Origin: Antedon mediterranea
Lineage: Eukaryota; Animalia; Echinodermata
DNA length: 64,000 bases
Assembly (NCBI RefSeq): GCF_964355755.1
Contig: NC_092671.1
Location: 6,944,001 to 7,008,000, forward strand
Direction of reading: 5' to 3'
Below the pieces are notes generated by a model. It did not search any database and had not been told where the DNA came from. It saw only the letters and a program-made list of their open reading frames with translations. Position 1 is the first letter of the stretch; every line of letters begins with the position of its first letter. This document shows, piece after piece, positions 1 through 10,800 of the stretch. A program made the translations under genes and the position numbers.

Positions 1-3000
1 TATTGCTAGATGCAACAGCTGAAAAACACAACAAAAAATATAATACTGTAATGCTAAATTATAACATATTCGCAATTTATTATGCAGGTGTTAAGACAGA
101 AATCATTTTGTGTGAGAATACAGTAAGTTTTCACTGTGCATTAACTTTCTTATAATATAATAATATACTGTAATATTCCTTCTTATAGCGCTTATTGCAC
201 AATGCTTCTAAGCGGTTCACATTAATACCCATTGCCCTTTTTATTTAAAACACGTACTGTATGAAAACATACTGCAGCTAGTAAATCAGCGCAAAGTTAG
301 TTGTGTCTTTATCTAACCATGTACCCATTTTTTATACACCTGGGTAGAAAGAGGCAAACGTAAGTAAAGTATCTTGCCTAAGGATACAAGCAATACGGCG
401 AGAGTTGGATTTGAACTCGCAATCAGTAATCCAACACAATGGGCCACATTATGTCATGTTCAATACCTGTTTTTATTTACAACAAAGATGTTTTCATTGT
501 CTTTTTCTTTTGTTTATTATAATGTTGTAATTTTAATCTTTTTGTATCAGATAATAACAATACTTCGTGGTTAATTGTTCTTCAAATTAATTGTTTCCTG
601 TACAGAAGTTGAATATTGACAAAGGACACTACTAGCTACACTTACTACAGTATATCATCTTTTATTACGTTACCCATTTTTAACACTTAAGTCTTAGCAA
701 TGGATTTAATATTGTTGTTTATGTTTTTTATAAATATGATAATTATGTTGTTTTGATTTCTTTGGGCTTGTAATACTAGTTTTTAATGTTGTAGCCTTGA
801 ATAAGTATTAAATACTACACTAAATAACCTATAAATAACTTATGGATAAGGTTGTTGGCATTTATTCAAAAGCTAATATTATTGGGCGGTTGACTCAACA
901 TAACATTTAATTACTGTACAGAACATGTAAAAATTGAATAGAAATTAATGAAATAATTTTTTTAAATAATTCGGCATTATAAAGAACTGTTTAGAATGCA
1001 CTTATTATACTGTACAACATTGATTCTTGTACAGACTTCAAACCAGTAATTTTTTGGAACAAAAGTTCAAATACCTCTTTGACCTTGAACAATGAGTAAA
1101 ATATCAACTAGGTCGTGTTCGTACGGTGGTTAAAATAAGCGCTTAATTTCACCCATGCCTCGGGTTATAAATTGAGCGTTGTTCGTACTTGAAATATTTA
1201 ACCGCTTAAATGCTTAATCGACGAATCACAAACCGGAAATTACGTTTTAAGGTCAGTTGTCTTTACAACCTACGACCCCATTTTCGCACGCTAGTTTCGT
1301 GTTGTATATTTTTTACTCGCGATCTTTCTTTACAATAACAATTACTTGCTACCTTTTACACTGCTTATCCTTGCGACAAACCTTATGCCTCTTAACGCCG
1401 ATAATCCTGCCGAAATATGCCTTCTCCTGACGACCATTATTTTACTCATTGACGAAGAATTTGAGCCCAATGTTACACGACGGAAACACCACCGACCAGC
1501 GGCTCCCCGACCAGCTAGGCCTACTAAGCGGTCTACACCAACAAGGACAGCACCAGCTGACGATCGCTCTCGAAGCGTGTATGGAAGAGCTTCGTAGGAG
1601 AAATGACGGGCCTAGGCAGCGAACGTTTGTCAAAATTTGACACATTGCCTCTATCGGAGATTTATTATCCTCGAAGGCCGAGTATAATTGGATTATCGCT
1701 GAAATAACCTGCAAATTTGGTGAACATTTTACCTCGAATTTTTTGTAGCCTGAGGCAAAAGTTAATTGGATCACGCGAACGGAAATCGGGAATAAGCTGG
1801 TATTTTCAACCCCTACGAACAGGCCCCTAGACAATGTCCTTGCCCACATTGAGTGAGTGTCTACTGAATTTAAAAATATCCACTCATCATCATATAGTAC
1901 TGAGTGTAAACAAGACTAAATATTCACTCACAAGGGAGAATGACAAATCGAATTCTAAGAAGAAACTCCTGATAGTAAAGTATTTAATATCAGTTTATTG
2001 CTGTAACTGTATAGTGTACACTATCATTAAACTGTAGCACAGGACCTTTTTATACTGCCAGAATATCTGATTATTAAATTTTCATGAATAATTAATATTT
2101 TACAGTAAATATTGACTATTTTTGGACTGTAGCTAAACTAAGATATCCTGTAAGTAACTGATTAAAAAAAATCAATCAATTGGGTGTTAAAGCTTGATAG
2201 AAACAACTGATCACAGTTACTGTACAAACAAAAAATTGTTTGACCATTTGAACTATGTTGTGGGCAGTGTACAGTACACTATGCCTCGGTCAACAATGGT
2301 TTGACTGCAAAATAATATCGTACAGTAATATTACAGGAAAATTTAAATTTTCTGAAGTCAAAACAGGTCAAGTACAGTATAAACTTAACTTAAACTAGGA
2401 TATAACACAGAAATTATACAATTCAAAATAAAAGATGACTAACAATAACATTAACAATAACATAATAATTGACTGTAATAATAAATATTGAAAAGCTTTT
2501 CACTGTTTTGGCTATACTGTAGAGTAGAGTATAATGTAAAAGTACACTGTACAGTACAGTAGATGGCGACGCCACCAGCTAGAAATCATTAAGAAGCTAA
2601 TTGAAATGTTATTAGAGCCCACAAAACTCAATCATAGTGAAAGCATCAACAAAAAAGAAGTATGGAATATTATTATTACTATCAGGCCTAGTTATGTTAT
2701 GCTAAGGCAGATGGATTGTTATTACCCAGCTGTTTCATGACATGACTGCTGCTGACTGCTGCCCTAGAAAACAAGCATGCATAATGAGAACTAGAATTGA
2801 AAATTATGTATTTTTATTAGGAAGCAGGATGTTTCTCCATTACTCAACTCCAGTACATTTTTATATAATATGGATACAACAGAAATCAAAAACTTTACAC
2901 TGGAAAGTGGTATAAACAAAATTGGGGAAATTAAAATTAGTTATCGCATCCAGGATTTTCAATGTTATTTTATTGAGGGGCGTGTTTTTTGCTGTTATAG

Positions 3001-3852
3001 CTATTATATTACTAGTTACTTATTATATTATTTGACATAGTGTAGTGTACAGTATCAAACATGAGTACAGTATGAGAGTATAGCAGTCCAGTCGCCATGC
3101 TTTACACAAAATACAGTAGTACAGTACAAAGGAAAGTGACGAGTGATCATGTAATTTTAATTTTGATTACTGATGACTTACTGTACAGTACATACATACA
3201 GTAGTTCAATGTATTAACACTAAAACAGTGTTACAAGGTATTTAATCATAGTAGTGGAGCTGTACTGTAGCTTGGTGGTTAATGTGCTTGCCTTCCAATC
3301 CTAAGGTCCGGGGTTTAATCCAGACATACTGTAGTCCAATGTCTTAAATCGCGACTACAGTATTTTAACTCCACTACCTACTGTAGTGTAAGCCTCAAAT
3401 GAGACTTAGTTTATAAGCACGATAAAATATTAAATAGTTTATCCATGTTGTGTAATTGGCGAGTTACTTGCTGTTGGATACATACAGTACAGTATGAAAT
3501 AAAACAAATTTGTAAAAACCGGGGTTCCATCAGAATGATGTTGTTTGTACAGTACAGTATCTATCGAACACATGTTTTTTTACCCAAAAACAAACACAGT
3601 GTGTGACATGAAAATCCTTAAATATCATACAGTACTGTATATTTGTTTAAAGCGCCTTCAATTTCAAATAAAAAGCCTCTTCCTAATCTTACCATGTAAT
3701 GTTTGTACTGGAGAATTTTGTTTTTTCCTCAGGTGATCTTTGAAGCATTTTGAACACATTCCTTCTGATGCAGCATTACCATAGAAACCGCAGCCATTCC
3801 GACATAAATTAGACGGACTCATTTCTTTACTTCCATTACCGCTATCCATCAT
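1..3852 (-). CDS. ZFAND5/ZFAND6: A20/AN1-type zinc finger protein, ZFAND5/6-like; 5' part only, gene continues off the left edge
   Basis: Exon 3870-3693 (acceptor ctag, donor GTAAG) with ATG at 3852 encodes MMDSGNGSKEMSPSNLCRNGCGFYGNAASEGMCSKCFKDHLRKKQNSPVQTLH, an A20 zinc finger (CxxGCGFYG...CSKC). It splices in phase 1 to an exon starting at 18 (acceptor ttttcag; AVASSN...). The AN1 finger is not in the window. Confidence 0.85.
180..445 (-). mobile_element. Degenerate tRNA-derived SINE
   Basis: Minus strand has a B-box-like GAGTTCAAATCC, the common SINE core GTATCCTTAGGCAAGATAC and an L2-type tail (...AAGCGCTATAAG). Confidence 0.55.
1111..1826. mobile_element. Non-autonomous PIF/Harbinger-like DNA transposon
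   Basis: TIRs GGTCGTGTTCGTA / GGGCCTGTTCGTA (11/13 match), 3-bp CTA duplication on both sides, CpG-rich interior unlike the host intron; short internal ORFs show no recognisable transposase. Confidence 0.6.
3253..3500 (+). mobile_element. tRNA-derived SINE, family copy 1
   Basis: A-box-like TAGCTTGGTGG and B-box-like GGTTTAATCC; shares its head and the 3' block agtttatcc...gtaattggc.ag.tacttgctgttggat.catac with the copy near 16985. Confidence 0.65.
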
Positions 3853-5439
3853 CAGTCCTGGTTGCTGCACCTAGTATAATAATCATTGACAATTATTTTA
3901 CTGAAAGTTTGGACTTCACACTGTAGTACAGTAGATTTGTTTTAATTTGTTTAAAATTAATTGCTATTTTAACTATTGTACCTAAATTTACTATTGTTAC
4001 TTGAAAGGTAAACAGAGTAGTTGACAGTTGGCCACCTACAGTTGAATACCTAGTGTACTGTATTTTTTTTTTTATCAAAATACATTTCCTCCAAAAGAGG
4101 TTATATTATTAGAGAGCAAATTGCGATTTAAACAATAGAACAAAGGCATGATGGTACAGTACTGCTGGTTGGTTCCTGTTTACTATACAGTAGTTGAAAA
4201 AGAACAAAGACACCTAGTAGAACTATTCAGTAAAAAAAAGAATTAATTTAAATAATTTTGTAATTTGTATACAGTACAGTATACTAAGTTTTATAATTGT
4301 AAGGATAAACTAAGGTACGGTACAGTACAGTAGTACTGAAGGATAATTTAAAAACTCCAATTGTGGGGTTAAAAAAGATTATGTCATCAATGGCTTGCTG
4401 TTACAGTACCCACATCACAATTTTTAGAGAGGTTGGAATTTTATAATGTTATAGTGATACCATTGTACAGTTACAGGTACCAAATTTTTCTTCTGGTCCC
4501 TTAATTAATAATGTGTGGTACTCCATGTTATATTTGTAGGCATTTGTATAGTCGATGTTTTTAACTAATTAAAAATTGTATAAACCGAGACTGCAGTACA
4601 GTACATTGATCTTTTCTTAGATGGGGTGGTTTTTAGGTTAAGTTGGATAAAGTTATAGACTGTTACAGTTTAAATGCTGGCAGTGGTTAAGTGGTTTTAC
4701 TCATTTAAAAATACATTAATTATTATTCAAATTGTTCAAGGGCAAATTAAAGTAATTTGCAGAAACAATACTTTTTATTATCCAGGATTTCCCTTGTTCT
4801 GGCTAAAAAATCAGAAAAAAAAAACAAAGAACCAATGGTCCAGTAGTATCAGACAAACATCATTACTTTGTTTGCATGATATGGATGGGTGCATTTTTCT
4901 CAATCTGTGTCTGGTCAACAAGGACACACTATGTCCAGTATGTTAATGCAAAGCTGCTTACATTTATCCTATCCAATTTGTTAGTCAGACTATAATATTC
5001 TGTTACATAACATTGCGGTTTTCACACTCTACTCTTTTTATTGAAGTTAAATCATGGAAGAATCTAAACCTGGTTTAAAAACAGTCAATTAAGCACGTAG
5101 CCTGGAGATTTACACAGGTTTTTGTTTGTTTTTTTTGGGGGGGGGGGGGGGGGGTGGTTGGCTATAGTATAGGGGATTTTACCGTGTTGGTTTAACATCC
5201 GGAAATTCAAACATCCGATACATTACCCCCATTGTTTGTAGTCTGGTGGCAAGATATGTACAGTACTGTATGTTGTTTATCTAACATTTACATTCTGAAA
5301 CCTACCATACCAGTTACATCATGTACCTTTATTGGAGGAAAATAAATTCAATAGAGTAGACCAATCTTGCTGTTGCCATCATACAATCAAAACCATCCCC
5401 CAAAATTTCAAAGCTGCCATAGGCTACTTATGTAAGTAA

Positions 5440-5618
5440 AGCTTGGTTCCCACTAGAACGTAACGCAAGGACGTAAACGCAACGCAAGCGTTTTAACCAA
5501 TGACAAGCGAAGTTATAGACAGTTAGCAATCACAAGCGAATAAGCCATCGCTTGTGATTGGTCAATTCACTTGCGTTGCGTTACGTCCTTGTGTTGCGTC
5601 GCCAGTGGGAACCACGCT
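5440..5618. mobile_element. Palindromic Tourist/Harbinger-like MITE, family B
   Basis: TIRs AGCTTGGTTCCCACT / AGTGGGAACCACGCT, almost fully self-complementary, TAA/TTA flanks; second copy at 32282-32435. Confidence 0.8.
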
Positions 5619-6317
5619 TTAGCTGTTAAGTTAGTGTTACAACTACTAGGCTAGGGTCTAGGTTAATTGGATTGATTTTAATATCTTAAATTTATAAATA
5701 ACACACAAGACTCAAACAAGTTTGTGTAAAAAGGTAAACAATTATAAACATAATATGTTAATTAATTAATAAAAAGAAAAGTAAGAATTGGCAATACACT
5801 GCAGAACAATGACCCAGCAAAACTGAACGCCATCAATCGGTTGTGTGATTGCCAATCAATTTCAACCAATGAATGACTGGTGTGGTATGAATGTGAGGGT
5901 AGCCAGGCCACGTAAGGTTGTCATTGTTTAGGCCTAGCCTAAAGGCCTAGGCCTAGAGTATTCCATCACTTTAGATCAAATAAACACAGTTTACTATTAA
6001 GTGTTGGTAAGTTTTAAATTATGGCTTTAACACGAAAACAAGTAATAAAGTTATTGACGTAATACATTAAACATCTTACGAAGTGTGTATGTTGTTGTGT
6101 TTCTAAAAACAAGACACTGTTTTGTCGTTAGGTATCGTCATCTCTCCTGTGTGATGTTGACGTGTTTGTTTGGACCATTCCAGAAAGTAGAGATAAATAA
6201 CACAAACATTTCCTTTTAGAAATCACCTTCATGCTCAACAGAAAACCCTAAAAATGATACTACATAAAGAATAAATATTCTTGTATTCGTAAAATCATTT
6301 ATAAGTATTTAACTTAC

Positions 6318-6545
6318 CAAGAAATATTAAAAAATAGATATATTCCAAGACGTATCGTCTATAAAATTCCGTGTTTCTCTGCCTTTGATCTCTCTCTGGT
6401 TATCAAGCTTATAGAAATCATGTGACATTATACGTGGTTGCCGATTGGATAAAGTGTAGGGGACACAATGGCTTTGTGACGTCATAGACAGGGCACCTCC
6501 CGTGTTTTCTTCGTTGACGAAAAACCCGGAAGAAAGTCCGATTAG
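6318..6545 (-). promoter_or_regulatory. Probable promoter / non-coding first exon of the ZFAND gene
   Basis: Minus-strand donors GTAAGT (exon end 6318) and GTAAG (exon end 6080); inverted CCAAT (gattgg, about 6443); perfect CRE TGACGTCA at 6477-6484; ETS-like CCGGAAG at about 6526; locally CpG-rich. Confidence 0.5.
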
Positions 6546-7719
6546 AAATGTGTCATAACAAATTTGTTCATTGTTTTCACCCACGGATTTTGTTTGTTAA
6601 TGGTACTAACCATATCAATCCATTTAGACATATTTATACTTTTACAGAACAATGATTGAAAGCAATCTTTATAGGTTAAAATGATGAGGAGAAAAGTAAT
6701 CAATCCCCTCAATCAAATGATGATTTTATTCATTGCAATGAATCATTAAAAAAAAAATTGGGAGGGGGAGGGGATAAAAATTGCAAGGAAGGCTAAAACT
6801 TATAGGCCTACCCGGGTCCGACCCGAGCCTTGCTGACAGTAGGCCTAATTGTAGGGACTCTACCATGACGACGTCCCTTTTAACAAACTGTATTTTTAAT
6901 CATCGTATTAACTCTCAGCGGGTGCGTTTATTGTTCAGGAGGGTTTTAGGTGCGGGGGTAGGAGGGGAGGGGGGGATGTTTATATTTTTGAGAAATATGG
7001 TAGGCCTATATATATTATATATGAAAAAAACCAAATACAATTCAATTGATACCAAGAAGTGAACAGTACAAATGGTATCACAAATGCTTGGTAAAGTAGA
7101 TCACGTCAATCAATAAACTACTAAAAATAGAAATGTGTTGTAATACAATATTGTGTGTTTATGCATGTGGCGGGACGTTTATTCGAGGAAATAAATTATT
7201 ACATTATAGATATATATATATTATTAAAATAATTATGTTTTATTGGAGGGAAGGCGGTGGGGTAGACGTTTTTTGAGGGAGGTATTTATTCAAAGCGGGG
7301 CCATTTCAAGACCAAGATTTAATGTCAATTCATCGTCCCGCCGACCAAATTACTTTTTTTTAAATAAATCATGAGACAATATACAAGATCAAATCAAAAA
7401 ATTAATTTCATTTGCAGATATTACCGTACAGAGGGCAGTATTCTGCGTAAATTTAGACTACTGTATGTGAATAGTTACACTTACACAATGAGCTTATGAC
7501 ACTAATCGCAATAGGCTATTTATCAAATTAAATTGTGTCTTAAATCAATTTATTTTAATCATACTGCCATATGTTTGTATAGCATTACATAGTTTACATT
7601 ACAATTCCGTTGAAACCTCTATTGATACTGTAATAAATAATATTGTAATAATAAATCAGAAAGGAATTCGGAAGACTCGCCTATTGAGGGCTCATATCTA
7701 AAATTAAAATTAAGGGAGT

Positions 7720-7995
7720 AAAAGAATTAAACGAAGGAGACTAAAATGGTATGGACACATAATTAGATTACCGGATGATACCCCAATCAAACAAACAATG
7801 AAGGAAACTAACAGGAAAGTAAAACGACCCGTAGGAAGACCAAGAAATAACTGGATGAATCAAATAAAGAAAGACTTACAAGGACTAGTAGACACTAACA
7901 CAATAACAAACCATCCTGCCATAAACAGGAAAAAATGGAAACAAATTGTGGAAAGCGTAATGTCGGAAGACGGAAAACGTTAGCAGAGATCTAAA
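7720..7995 (+). mobile_element. 3' fragment of an RTE-like LINE ORF
   Basis: Frame from 7726 reads IKRRRLKWYGHIIRLPDDTPIKQ...KRPVGRPRNNWMNQIKKDL...AINRKKWKQIV*, the typical post-RT C-terminus of RTE-clade LINEs. Confidence 0.8.
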
Positions 7996-8729
7996 ATTCT
8001 ATGACGTTCGTAATTCGTATTAGGTCCTCTTTTTAGAATGGAAAAGGGGCCTTAGATGGCATTGAACATCCTCTTTTTAAAACTGATCACACTGGGGAGA
8101 GACTTAATTAATTATCTATTGTAAGATGCTAAAGTTACATTGCGTTAATAATTTCTATTGTTAAGTTGTCTATTGTTTTCAAACATATTTGTCTTGTTAA
8201 GACTTGCAAACTCTGAATCTTAACTTTTTTATCGTGGTGAGGTGAATCCACCAGGGAGTTCTAAACTCCCTGAATCCACACTGTTACCTAAGGACTAAGG
8301 TCGACACGACAGTGTGCTTACAGCGAAAAGTACACTTACAGAAGCATGATGAATTTTTTGTCGGATTTAATTAAGAAAATTGATACTCCAAATGGATGGA
8401 TACAAAGCGTTGTAAAAGGTAGGCCTATCAACAATTTTCTCAAGTAATCTATATAATAGCACATTTAGTTTCTCATCTTGTGTTTTTGTTCTTATATAGG
8501 GCCGGCCTAATATAACTTAAACTATAGATATTTTATAGATGTTATCAGTCCATTTGTTCATAATTTGGCTCTAAATTAATTCGAGTGTTTTATACTGTAA
8601 TTTATATGAGAAATTTCCCGCATGAAAATAAGGTAAATAGCTCCGGTAAAATCCCAATTAGGTACCTGGGTACTTTTATGATTATATCTCGGATTGATGA
8701 GGATTGTGGTGTTGAAAGTTATTAGTTGT

Positions 8730-9549
8730 TATGTTGGTGACATAGGATGGTACTCAATTGCCACTATACATAACAACTTTAGAATAAAATATTTCCAACG
8801 GTTGAAGAACTTAGATGATGATAGGTGGCCACGTCTACTCTTCAAAGCAATCATGCAAAATCAAAATAACCTGAAATGGAAGTGGCTAAGCCATATTCGA
8901 TGCCTACTTTCAAAATACAATTTGTGTAATTATTTTAATATAGATCCATCAGTTGACCTTTCGCTAGATTTTATGCCAGTAAATTGTAATAATGTTCTGA
9001 ATTAAATAATATTAGGTATAAGGTGTTTGATGAAATTAAAAATTCTTTATATGAAAACAATCTACAAGAGTAGGCCTACTGGGACATATTTACAAATTGT
9101 TCCGCTGACCTACAGTAAAACTTCACTATTTACTTGATGATTTATTTTCTGAGAATGCCATACTTGGTTCAATTTTTGACAAGTTTTGTAAGATATATTT
9201 AAAAGACTCTTGGAAAAAACGAACTGAAATTTTAAATAAACCCTGCAAATAATGTTAAAATTGTTTTTTGTTTTTTTTTGTTTTTTTTTTTAACTGTATA
9301 TTAATTGCTTTTAATTTGTACCAACTTTATTATTATGTAAGTATAGTAGTTGAGCTACTTTCAGTGAGACTAGATCTCTTATTCGTCATGTTTTTTCTTT
9401 TTAATTTTGCTTTGGATGCACCGTTAGAGCATGGAGGTATAAAAATATTTTTATACCTCCATGGTTAGAGGTATTGTCTAACGTGTGCCACTATAACTGT
9501 TGTTACACAACAGTGATTCCATTAAATTGTATTGTATTGTATTGTATTG
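8730..9549 (+). mobile_element. Decayed 3' end of a non-LTR retrotransposon
   Basis: GDIGWYSI...RIKYFQRLKNLDDDRWPRLLF...KWKWLSHIRCLL resembles LINE ORF2 C-termini; followed by a T-rich 3' region and an (ATTGT)n tail at about 9527-9549. Confidence 0.6.
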
Positions 9550-9559
9550 AGGGCGTCTG

Positions 9560-9770
9560 TCAATTTACGAACAAAAAACAACCAGTAGACATCGAATGCA
9601 ACGTAAAAGAAAGACATCTTGAATGTACTCGAAATTTTCTTAAAATATGTCATAGTTTTAACCGAACGTTGAGATTGATTGACAATATACTGTTCTCATT
9701 TGGATTCACTAACTTCTCATCAAAGGATTTAGAAGGTCACGTATTTTAGTAAGTGCTAAACCTGCTTAAG
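9560..9770 (+). other. Candidate non-coding first exon of SPOP
   Basis: Donor-like sites A|GTAAGT (9748/9749) and AAG|GTATGA (9770/9771), followed by the TAGGCCTA-dense tract that also lies next to the ZFAND 5' end. Inference only. Confidence 0.35.
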
Positions 9771-10288
9771 GTATGAAACATGGCATCATCAGAGTGGCGA
9801 GTATAGGACAGGCTGACCAACATAGAAGAAGCCTGTGTAAACATTTTCAGCCTGCTGCTGTGACACCACAAACAAAGTACACTTTCCTCTGTAGAGTACC
9901 CTCAGCAGTCTAGGCCTAGGCCTAGTGTTTTTTTCATAGTATATTTGTCAGTCAGGCATATAATGCAAGACACGACTAGGCTAGTAACTAGGCCTATAAT
10001 AGGCCTATATTTAGTTAGAGTCCTTTCCCACATTCCTAACTAACCAGTAACCTAGGTAGGCCTAGCCTAGGAGGCCTAGTTTAAGTTTTTGACTTAGCCT
10101 ATACTAGCTAGGCCTATTTTTTATAAAATAACATTTTTTTAATACTAATATAATAGGCCTATGATTGATAGCATGCAGCCTAGCATTACTAGCTAACTAG
10201 CTAGGCTTAGGTAGTAGTAGTTAGTACCCAGGCCTCCCTGTTACGGTAGGTCAAGATGAATACAAAAATAAGCGTGTCAATGAAGAAT

Positions 10289-10800
10289 CCGGGATGATTC
10301 GGCCCTGATGAGACGATTCGGCCCACTTTGTAGGGTGCCCTTTGTAGGCCGAAACGTCTCATTTTAGACGAAATTCATTTAGGCCTACATTTTTTTTGTG
10401 GTATTTATCAAGTTTTTAAAGGTGTTTAACAATCCGTATTTGATTGATATTGGCAATGTTGATATATAAAACAAATTACCCGATACTAAAAAAACGTAAT
10501 TTTATAATATATTCAATTTATTACTTCGAAAACTTTTATTTGCATTCGCCAAGCGGCCAACAGAAGGCGTAAATTGTTTACATCGTTCGCGTGACTAAAA
10601 AATTATCATTTTCGACAATGTTTTCAAAATGTTTGCTTTATTGCATCTTACCCCATACTGTAGTCTCTCTGAAAATAAAGTTTGGGGAAAAATGTTTATT
10701 TATGCTTATAAAATGCATATCAAAGCCAATAAATATAAGTGTGCCGAATCATCTCAGGGCTCGAATCGTCCCAGACCGAATCTTCTTGGGAAACTGTTCA
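10289..10800. mobile_element. Non-autonomous DNA element with repeated inverted subterminal motifs
   Basis: GATGATTCGGC / GACGATTCGGC at the left end and GCCGAATCATC / CGAATCGTC / CCGAATCTTC at the right end; exact termini unclear. Confidence 0.45.

Noticed and set aside
1346-1849. Overlapping ORFs of 63-135 aa
   Set aside because: They lie inside a TIR-bounded element within an intron; no recognisable domain, at most a relic of a transposon gene.
2720-2763. Acceptor-like site (cttgttttctag) on the minus strand as an extra ZFAND exon
   Set aside because: The phase-1 frame reaches TGA after 9 codons and no clear donor follows; the exon starting at 18 continues the frame cleanly. A truncating alternative exon cannot be excluded without RNA data.
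3253-3325. tRNA gene
   Set aside because: Only degenerate A/B boxes without a cloverleaf, followed by a body shared with another dispersed copy; it is a SINE head.
5137-5155. Poly-G run (and poly-C at about 33386-33403)
   Set aside because: Simple homopolymers with no further structure; length is unreliable in assemblies.
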